Virus record (IMG/VR): IMGVR_UViG_3300029338_000118
DNA: 6,836 nt
DNA from: a virus
Strand: one strand, 5' to 3'
Shown here in pieces: positions 1 to 4,499 of the stretch. The translations under genes and the position numbers were made by a program. Position 1 is the first letter of the stretch; each line of letters begins with the position of its first letter. The notes under the pieces are model-generated. The model had not been told where the DNA came from, made no database searches, and saw nothing but the letters and a program-made list of their open reading frames with translations.

Positions 1-138
1 GGTGGTTCTCATGCTCTTCGCCTTACTGAAAGTGCCCGTTTGCTTCAGTCTTTAGGCTATGGCAATTTTACTACCATTTCTAAAATCTATCGTGATGATG
101 AGAAGAAACCTACTACTCTTATGCTTGACGGTAAATCA
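1..138. repeat. Terminal direct repeat, copy 1 (circular-genome overlap). It is identical to 6699..6836, giving a unit genome of 6,698 nt.
   Basis: Base-by-base reading shows ggtggttctcatgctcttcgcc...cttgacggtaaatca at both ends of the window, 138/138 identical. The reading frame of the capsid gene is continuous across the junction, because 6699-6249 = 450 is divisible by 3. Confidence 0.95.
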
Positions 139-1569
139 ATTGATGGTGTTGAAGCACCGAATACTGATACCGGTGTTCGTGTTTCTCCTTTCCGTCTTCT
201 TGCTTATCACAAGATTGCAAATGATTTTTATCGATATGCTAAGTGGGAAGAGTATTGCGCACCTTCTTGTAATGTTGATTACCTTTCTCAGTCTTCACCT
301 AAGATGGATTCTTATCTTGGTTCTGCTGCCTTTGATTCTTGGACGTCCCGTGAGAATACATTGAATTCTTATTTGTTCGATATGGAATACTCACGTCTTC
401 CTCTTGACCGTTTTAACGGTGGTCTTCCAAAGGCTCAATTTGGCGATGAGAGTGTTGTTAATCTTGGTTCTGGTGCTAATGTAGATGTTGTTGGTTCTAT
501 TTCTACTGTTAAGGATAATGTTAAAATTTTTCATCGTCTTTCTCTATCTAACCCTTCTGTGACTCTTGCAGGTGATATTGCTGATACTTCTGCATCTGTT
601 GATTATAAAAGTGGTATCCCTTCACACAATGGTACTTTATCCGTATCAGGTAAAGGTGTAACTGGTATTACTGGTGATGTTATTTCTGATGATTCAGGTT
701 CTACTTCTGTTGTTACTTCTGTTACCCCACATACTCTTTCTGTTTCTGGTCCTGATGCTTCTGAACTTTCTGTTATTGCCCTTCGTCGTGCTACTGCTTT
801 GCAGCGTTATAAAGAGATTCAGGAGTGTAACGATACTGATTTCTGTTCTCAAATTGAAGCTCATTTCGGTGTCCGTCCTAATAACCACGGTACTAAATCT
901 AAGTTCCTTGGTGGTTATTCCTCTGTTTTTGATATTAATCCCCAGATTAATCAAAATTTAGCTGGTGATAATGTTGCTAATATTCAGGCTACACCTACTT
1001 CTTCTTCAGGTGGTAAGTGTTCTTTTAAAGTTTCAGATGATTATGGTATTGTTATGGGTATCTATCGCATTACTCCTCAGCTTGATTATGCTGATTGTGG
1101 TTTGGATTCTCGTAACCTTATGGTTGATGCTTCTGATTATCCTATTCCTGAACTTGATAGTATAGGAATGGATACTTTGAAAGTTAATTCACTTGTTGTT
1201 AAGGATTACCCTATCAACGGTAATAATGACCTTGGCGGTTTAAATACTTCTTATGCTTATGCACCTCGTTATCTTGATTTCAAGTTGAGTTTTGACCGAT
1301 TTAGCGGTGCTTTCCTTTCTAACCTTCGTACTTGGGTTACCGGACAGCAAATGGACATACTTCAAAAAGCCGCTTCTAGTGCTCCGGTTGGTGGTTCTCT
1401 TGGTCAGTTCATTTATAAACTGTTATACTGCCCTCCTAAGTTGTGTGAGAATGTTTTTGTTAATAATCAATATGATGGAATTGATAATGACCAGTTCATG
1501 ATTGGTTCTTTCATTGGTTGTTCTGTTAAGCGCAAGCTTTCTGTTTATGGTCTCCCTTATTCAAATTAA
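1..1569 (+). CDS. VP1: Major capsid protein VP1, 3' part. It is partial at the window start; the true start is at 6249 through the circular junction.
   Basis: The track ORF 40..1569 is the same frame as 6249..6836, and its 'M' at 40 is really an internal TTG Leu codon. It contains the conserved microvirus capsid block LRRATALQRYKEIQ...IEAHFGVRP...SKFLGG. The third codon position is strongly T-biased, like the rest of the structural module. Confidence 0.9.
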   Translation, partial: GGSHALRLTESARLLQSLGYGNFTTISKIYRDDEKKPTTLMLDGKSIDGVEAPNTDTGVRVSPFRLLAYHKIANDFYRYAKWEEYCAPSCNVDYLSQSSPKMDSYLGSAAFDSWTSRENTLNSYLFDMEYSRLPLDRFNGGLPKAQFGDESVVNLGSGANVDVVGSISTVKDNVKIFHRLSLSNPSVTLAGDIADTSASVDYKSGIPSHNGTLSVSGKGVTGITGDVISDDSGSTSVVTSVTPHTLSVSGPDASELSVIALRRATALQRYKEIQECNDTDFCSQIEAHFGVRPNNHGTKSKFLGGYSSVFDINPQINQNLAGDNVANIQATPTSSSGGKCSFKVSDDYGIVMGIYRITPQLDYADCGLDSRNLMVDASDYPIPELDSIGMDTLKVNSLVVKDYPINGNNDLGGLNTSYAYAPRYLDFKLSFDRFSGAFLSNLRTWVTGQQMDILQKAASSAPVGGSLGQFIYKLLYCPPKLCENVFVNNQYDGIDNDQFMIGSFIGCSVKRKLSVYGLPYSN

Positions 1570-1571
1570 TT

Positions 1572-1946
1572 ATGGCAAAGATTGTTTTTGTTCCACCTTT
1601 TGGTGAAGATTTGCAGCTTTCTTGCGTTGATGGCTGCTATGAGGTTTCCTCAGATATTAATGTACTGCTTAATCTTAATAAAAAAGCTCAAGATGTTCAC
1701 ACGGCTGAAAATGTTTTGGCACGTGTTCGTGAATTACCTCAGAATGATTCATCTGTTGATTTGTCTTCTGAAAGCGGTGCTCCAACACGTTTCTTTGATT
1801 CTCTTTCTGACCGCTTGGCGGTTGCTAAAAATGAGTTGAAGCGTTTGGATTCCGAGCAGGCAAAGTATAAGGATTCTGCTATGAAACGTGAAGCTTTTGA
1901 GCGTGTTAAGGCTCTTAAGAAAAAACTTGGTATTGAAAATTTGTAG
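1572..1946 (+). CDS. Hypothetical 124-aa protein between VP1 and VP2. It may be an internal scaffolding-type or other small virion-assembly protein.
   Basis: The ATG is 2 nt after the VP1 stop and its own stop is 3 nt before the VP2 ATG. Codon bias matches the neighbouring genes. The C-terminal third is a charged helical or coiled-coil-like segment (LAVAKNELKRLDSEQAKYKDSAMKREAFERVKALKKKL). I recognise no family signature; the function is guessed from position only. Confidence 0.6.
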   Translation: MAKIVFVPPFGEDLQLSCVDGCYEVSSDINVLLNLNKKAQDVHTAENVLARVRELPQNDSSVDLSSESGAPTRFFDSLSDRLAVAKNELKRLDSEQAKYKDSAMKREAFERVKALKKKLGIENL

Positions 1947-1949
1947 CTT

Positions 1950-3134
1950 ATGGATTGGGTTTCTCCTGTTTTAGGTGCTGGCGCGACTATTGCGTCAGCC
2001 CTAATTGGTGGTTCTTCTAAAGATAGCTCTTTGGCTGGTTCTTATATACCACCTAATAATAATAAAGTTACTTGGAAAGATGGACGTTTAGCGTATTATG
2101 ATCCTACAACAAACGAGACTTTTGATTATATGGATAATGCCACTAAGTCAAAAATTCCTAAGTCTGTTTATTGGTCAATTATGATGAATCAAGCAAACCA
2201 GATGTTTTCGGAAAAGATGTGGAATGCACAGAATGCTTATAATACACCTTTTAATCAGGCTCAACGTTTAAAGGCTGCTGGTCTTAATCCTTATTTAGCT
2301 ATGCAAAATGATGGTTCTATCGGTATGGCTGAATCTGCTTCTACTCCTTCCGGCTCTGCCGATATGTCTTCAGGTTCTGTAGATGCTTCTTTGGCTGCTT
2401 CACGAAGTCAATTAATTGGCTCTATGGGCAATATTTTGCAGTCTGCTTTTTCTAATATTAATCAACAGAAAATTGCTTCTGCACAAGCTGATAAATTGCA
2501 GTCTGAAACAGATTATCAGAATATTGTGAATAAATTTGCTATTACTGATATGATTACTAAGTTGCAACAACGTATGGCTGAAACGCATGACACTGAAGCT
2601 AGGAAACGTTATCAGGATATTATTAACTATGTTACCGATTCTTCTAAGGAATATTTTGTAGAGAAAAATCATTCTGATGCAGTAAATTCTTTAAATACTA
2701 CTCTTCTTCAAGAAGATGAGCATAATTTAAATGTTGCACGTTTGCGTTCTCAAAAGCTTGAGGGTGATTTGCTTGCTGTCAATTTATCTTGGCTTCCTAA
2801 AGAAAAAGCTGCCGGCATTGCTCAGGCTTATGCTCAGGCTTATGCTTCCACCTCTTCTGCAAAAGCTTCTGAACAAGCTGCTTTGAATTATGCTGCTGAT
2901 ACCTACGGCAAACAGTTTGACAATAAAATGCGTGATGAGTTACGTGCTGTTATTAAGAAGTCTGAACAGTCTCGTTATGATTCTCAACGTACTTCTCTTG
3001 ACGTTCTTAAAGAACAGCTTAGAGAAGCTAGAAAAAATAATAATACTTATGAAATTCGCCTTATTGGTGATATGATAGGTAAAATAACTGGTGGCTTCCA
3101 AAATTACGCTGTTGGTAAACATATGCTTAAATAG
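1950..3134 (+). CDS. VP2: Minor capsid / DNA pilot protein VP2 (functional analogue of phiX174 H).
   Basis: The product is 394 aa. It has a Gly/Ala-rich hydrophobic N-terminus (VSPVLGAGATIASALIGG). It carries the motif FNQAQRLKAAGLNPYLAM, matching the (R/K)xxxAGLNP motif typical of gokusho- and alpavirus VP2. The C-terminal half is long, Q/A/K/E-rich and predicted helical. Its position downstream of VP1 fits. Confidence 0.8.
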   Translation: MDWVSPVLGAGATIASALIGGSSKDSSLAGSYIPPNNNKVTWKDGRLAYYDPTTNETFDYMDNATKSKIPKSVYWSIMMNQANQMFSEKMWNAQNAYNTPFNQAQRLKAAGLNPYLAMQNDGSIGMAESASTPSGSADMSSGSVDASLAASRSQLIGSMGNILQSAFSNINQQKIASAQADKLQSETDYQNIVNKFAITDMITKLQQRMAETHDTEARKRYQDIINYVTDSSKEYFVEKNHSDAVNSLNTTLLQEDEHNLNVARLRSQKLEGDLLAVNLSWLPKEKAAGIAQAYAQAYASTSSAKASEQAALNYAADTYGKQFDNKMRDELRAVIKKSEQSRYDSQRTSLDVLKEQLREARKNNNTYEIRLIGDMIGKITGGFQNYAVGKHMLK

Positions 3135-3164
3135 TTTCTTGTTTTTGATTTTCTTATATCGTTA

Positions 3165-3199
3165 GCCGTTTGTCTACTATTGTAGGCAGACGGCTTTTT
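3165..3199 (+). terminator. Rho-independent terminator ending the long + strand transcription unit.
   Basis: The stem pairs gccgtttgtcta (3165-3176) with taggcagacggc (3183-3194), 12 bp including two G:U wobbles. The loop is ctattg and a TTTTT run follows at 3195-3199. It starts 31 nt after the VP2 stop. Confidence 0.8.
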
Positions 3200-3226
3200 G
3201 CATTTCTGTATTTCCTAATTTACTTA

Positions 3227-3280
3227 TCTAGATTCAGTATTTTATTTATTCATTTTATTTATTTATTACTGATTCTAGAT
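3227..3280. repeat. 13-bp imperfect inverted repeat bracketing a 28-nt pure A/T-plus-one-C tract of (TTTA/TTATT)n type.
   Basis: tctagattcagta (3227-3239) pairs with tactgattctaga (3268-3280), 12/13 complementary. The spacer is ttttatttattcattttatttatttatt. Confidence 0.7.
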
Positions 3281-3648
3281 TTTAAATTAGCTATCTAATC
3301 ATGCAGCTATTAAGCACTTTTTTAGTGCGCTGCCTTTACCTCTTGTTTAATATTGGTTGAAGTGACACCATAAATTTTCTGAACACTTCAACATGCTTGC
3401 CTTTAGTTTAGGCAAGTTTCTTTGTGCGAGTTTCCGCAGAAGGAAACGACAACCCATTATTTTAAACTCTATCCGTTAGGCTTCGATACCTATGAAAAAC
3501 ACTAGCCTTTTTGTTTCTTTTTGGGCAATGCCAAAAAGAAAACCCTCGGTAGAGCCCGCGGAGCGTAAATGCGCTCGGTTCCGCGCGCTAGGCGGAACTC
3601 AGGTTATAGGGCTGAAAGCCCTAATCGCCTATCCTCGCCAACTTTTGA

Positions 3649-3728
3649 GCGCAACATAATAGACGTTGCACAATCCGAAAATTGCACGCATGTGAATTTT
3701 CGTTTGTGTGACGTTTATTATGTTGTGC
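3649..3728 (+). repeat. Long imperfect hairpin: about 36 bp in 80 nt, in three helical segments with an apical 4-nt loop.
   Basis: 3649-3673 pairs with 3704-3728 (25 bp, four of them G:T). An internal loop follows, with t3674 and c3675 opposite t3703. 3676-3683 (cgaaaatt) pairs with 3695-3702 (aattttcg). 3685-3687 (cac) pairs with 3692-3694 (gtg) around the loop gcat. All non-canonical pairs are G:T, which would be C:A mismatches on the - strand. Confidence 0.85.
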
Positions 3729-3733
3729 GTTCG

Positions 3734-3740
3734 GCGAAGC
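3734..3740 (+). repeat. GCGAAGC mini-hairpin motif, copy 1 (context cGGCGAAGC). It sits immediately 3' of the long hairpin.
   Basis: The exact heptamer gcgaagc is at 3734-3740. The same GGCGAAGC octamer recurs at 3845-3852 and 3862-3869. Confidence 0.7.
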
Positions 3741-3752
3741 AGAAAATGGACA

Positions 3753-3805
3753 ATAATTTAGTCGTTTAAATTGCGACGAAGGAGCCTTTTAAACGTCTAA
3801 ATTAT
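3753..3805 (+). repeat. Second long hairpin: an 18-nt inverted repeat with one mismatch and a 17-nt loop.
   Basis: ataatttagtcgtttaaa (3753-3770) pairs with tttaaacgtctaaattat (3788-3805). 17 of 18 positions are complementary, with a t3762/t3796 mismatch. The loop is ttgcgacgaaggagcct. Confidence 0.8.
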
Positions 3806-3843
3806 GTTCATTTTCACATTTCCGTTGGTCGAACACTCAAGCT

Positions 3844-3878
3844 TGGCGAAGCTGTTAAGCTGGCGAAGCCAGTTAAAT
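3844..3878 (+). repeat. Tandem 17/18-nt direct repeat, each unit carrying a GGCGAAGC (GCGAAGC mini-hairpin) core.
   Basis: Unit A is tggcgaagc-t-gttaa-gc (3844-3860) and unit B is tggcgaagc-ca-gttaa-at (3861-3878). The GCGAAGC cores are at 3846-3852 and 3863-3869. Unit B extends to a 5-bp stem, ctggc GAA gccag (3860-3872). Unit A can alternatively fold as agctt/aagct (3840-3853). Confidence 0.75.
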
Positions 3879-3951
3879 TGTTGTTTATGTTAAAGCAATA
3901 CAAATTAATATAAAATTCGTTATTATATTATCGGTTATTATTTTTTTTAAT

Positions 3952-3959
3952 TATCTTTG
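3952..3959 (+). promoter_or_regulatory. Bacteroidota-type -7 promoter element (TAnnTTTG) for the whole + strand gene block.
   Basis: tatctttg at 3952-3959 matches the TAnnTTTG consensus of Bacteroides primary-sigma promoters. A ~55-nt very AT-rich tract precedes it. It lies 57 nt upstream of the first ATG (4016) and is the only such motif between the terminator and the first gene. I found no clean -33 TTTG at the expected spacing. Confidence 0.5.
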
Positions 3960-4015
3960 CGCCAGTTTTGAAGGTTGTTATACCTTATTGTTCTTTGACT
4001 TATTGTTACAAAATT

Positions 4016-4381
4016 ATGACTTCACATTTAACACTTGTTCGTATTAAGACTTCCTCGTCTTTGGATTCTATTCAAGGAGAGTTGTATGTCAATGGTTTGT
4101 TCTTCTGTCATACGATAGAAAGATTAAGTAAGGCAGTCCCTAAGGGCTGCTATCCTCTCGGTGTCTCTTACTCACCGCGTTTTAAGACACGTTTGCCTTA
4201 TTTGTCTGTTCCTCATCGCAAAGGTATTCGCATTCATGCTGGTAATACCGCAAAGGACTCTCAGGGCTGCATTCTTGTCGGTAAGTTAGATGATTGTTTT
4301 ACTATTATTAATTCACGTTTAACGTTGAAAAAACTTCTTTCATCGTCAGACTATTCATTTCATTCAATAATTATTAAGTAG
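4016..4381 (+). CDS. DUF5675-like protein with a YkuD (L,D-transpeptidase)-like His...Ser-x-Gly-Cys motif. It is a candidate cell-wall-acting or lysis enzyme.
   Basis: The product is 121 aa from the ATG at 4016; the track's 3968 start is a TTG inside promoter DNA and is unlikely. The pattern G-x-L-x-x-N-G-x-x-x-C-x-T-I-E ... P-x-G-x-Y-P-L ... S-P-R-F ... V-P-x-R-x-G-I-R-I-H-A-G-N ... S-Q-G-C-I-L-V-G follows the layout I remember for the phage and Bacteroidota DUF5675 family. The segment IHAGN-x(5)-SQGCILV resembles the YkuD catalytic HG-x(n)-S-x-GC[IV] motif. This family assignment is from memory and was not searched. Confidence 0.65.
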   Translation: MTSHLTLVRIKTSSSLDSIQGELYVNGLFFCHTIERLSKAVPKGCYPLGVSYSPRFKTRLPYLSVPHRKGIRIHAGNTAKDSQGCILVGKLDDCFTIINSRLTLKKLLSSSDYSFHSIIIK

Positions 4382-4382
4382 T

Positions 4383-4481
4383 ATGGATAAAAAGACTATT
4401 TGGAATATTGTTTTTAAAGTTGCTATGTATGCACTTGGTTTGCTCACTGGTGTAACTGCTTCTGCTGCCAATTTGCTTTAG
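4383..4481 (+). CDS. 32-aa small membrane peptide, a candidate holin-like or membrane partner of the upstream enzyme. It is too short to appear in the ORF track.
   Basis: The ATG is 1 nt after the previous stop (tagtATG) and its own stop is 18 nt before the Rep ATG. My translation is MDKKTIWNIVFKVAMYALGLLTGVTASAANLL, a charged N-terminus followed by about 20 hydrophobic residues. It fills an otherwise unexplained gap in a tightly packed operon. Confidence 0.45.
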   Translation: MDKKTIWNIVFKVAMYALGLLTGVTASAANLL

Positions 4482-4485
4482 CTTT

Positions 4486-4493
4486 TATGTTTG
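4486..4493 (+). promoter_or_regulatory. Second TAnnTTTG motif directly upstream of Rep, possibly an internal promoter giving a near-leaderless Rep mRNA.
   Basis: tatgtttg at 4486-4493 ends 6 nt before the Rep ATG at 4500. This is a motif match only, and such 6-specified-base motifs are expected by chance in AT-rich DNA. Confidence 0.2.
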
Positions 4494-4499
4494 TATATT

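Larger units (their letters stand above)
3303..3872 (+). other. GC-enriched, densely structured non-coding island. It could be an ssDNA origin or priming element, a recombination site or an ncRNA; the function is unknown.
   Basis: These stem-loops were found by hand. 3303-3333: gcagc/gctgc plus gcact/agtgc. 3356-3392: 9 bp, gttgaagtg/cacttcaac. 3396-3416: 7 bp, followed by a T-rich run. 3430-3447: gtttcc/ggaaac. 3514-3541: 11 bp, tttctttttgg/ccaaaaagaaa. 3561-3576: gagcg/cgctc. 3578-3598: gttccgc/gcggaac. 3607-3623: tagggc(t)/(a)gcccta with a GAA-type loop. 3649-3728: 36 bp. 3753-3805: 17 bp. 3840-3853 and 3860-3872 are short GAA-type hairpins. My hand count gives about 57% G+C over 3541-3660, against about 37% in a typical capsid line. 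The T-rich third-position bias of the genes is absent here. Confidence 0.6.

Noticed and set aside
59-1501. A series of + strand ORFs nested in VP1 in the +1 frame (59..364, 674..961, 965..1165, 1292..1501), with similar ones at 1582..1839, 2890..3075 and 4729..4950.
   Set aside because: The translations are Leu/Phe/Ile/Val junk (for example LLLLLLLLPHILFLFLVLML). Because codon position 3 is almost always T, TAA, TAG and TGA are depleted in the +1 frame, so open frames of 60-100 codons are the expected background.
694-3122. Minus-strand ORFs 694..954, 2412..2672 and 2940..3122.
   Set aside because: They are short, lie wholly inside confident + strand genes and have low-complexity Asn/Ile/Arg-rich translations. 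Microviridae are transcribed from one strand only, and I saw no supporting start or promoter context.
3346-3356. TTTAATATTGG, which resembles the TAATATT(AC) nonanucleotide of CRESS and geminivirus origins.
   Set aside because: The match is 7 nt of A/T only, it is not placed in the loop of a convincing stem, and the Rep here is the two-tyrosine phiX-type rather than a CRESS Rep.
3422-3452. A CRISPR-repeat-like hairpin (ttgt-gcga-GTTTCC-gcagaa-GGAAAC-g-acaa), considered as a solitary repeat or RNA anti-CRISPR mimic. I also considered whether 3540-3640 could be a tRNA or tmRNA fragment.
   Set aside because: It is a single copy with no spacer-repeat periodicity. I cannot match the sequence to a specific repeat family from memory. 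No T-loop (GTTCRAnnC) or cloverleaf can be drawn in 3540-3640.
3569-3769. A 66-aa ORF from the track (MRSVPRARRNSGYR...) and an overlapping unlisted 55-aa ORF at 3492..3659 (MKNTSLFVSFWAMPKRKPSVEPAERKCARFRALGG...). Both are basic and might be taken for J/VP5-like DNA-binding proteins.
   Set aside because: Both lie entirely within back-to-back stem-loops, and their 'codons' are the two arms of hairpins. Their codon usage (GCG, CCC, CGG, CGC) is unlike every confident gene in the genome. They overlap each other in different frames, and there is no promoter motif between the terminator and these ORFs. The basic composition follows from the GC-rich hairpin sequence (CGN codons). Coding cannot be fully excluded without comparative data.
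3885-3895. TTATGTTAAAG, a 10/11 match to the XerD-binding arm of E. coli dif (TTATGTTAAAT).
   Set aside because: There is no matching XerC-type arm at the correct 6-nt spacing; the upstream AGTTAAAT is in direct rather than inverted orientation. My rough composition-based estimate is that a 10/11 match to this A/T-rich 11-mer is expected about once in every one or two genomes of this size by chance. It is worth re-checking only if host dif data become available.
3968-4015. The track's upstream TTG start for the DUF5675-like ORF, which adds MKVVIPYCSLTYCYKI.
   Set aside because: The TTG lies only 9 nt after the TAnnTTTG promoter motif, so it would be at or before the transcript 5' end. The family-like sequence begins right after the ATG at 4016.
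4009-4016. CAAAATTA, the reverse complement of TAnnTTTG. It could be a minus-strand promoter firing back into the structured island.
   Set aside because: This is a six-specified-base motif in very AT-rich DNA and it overlaps the ATG of the first gene. The G:T-only wobble pattern says the island's structures are selected in the + sense, not the - sense.
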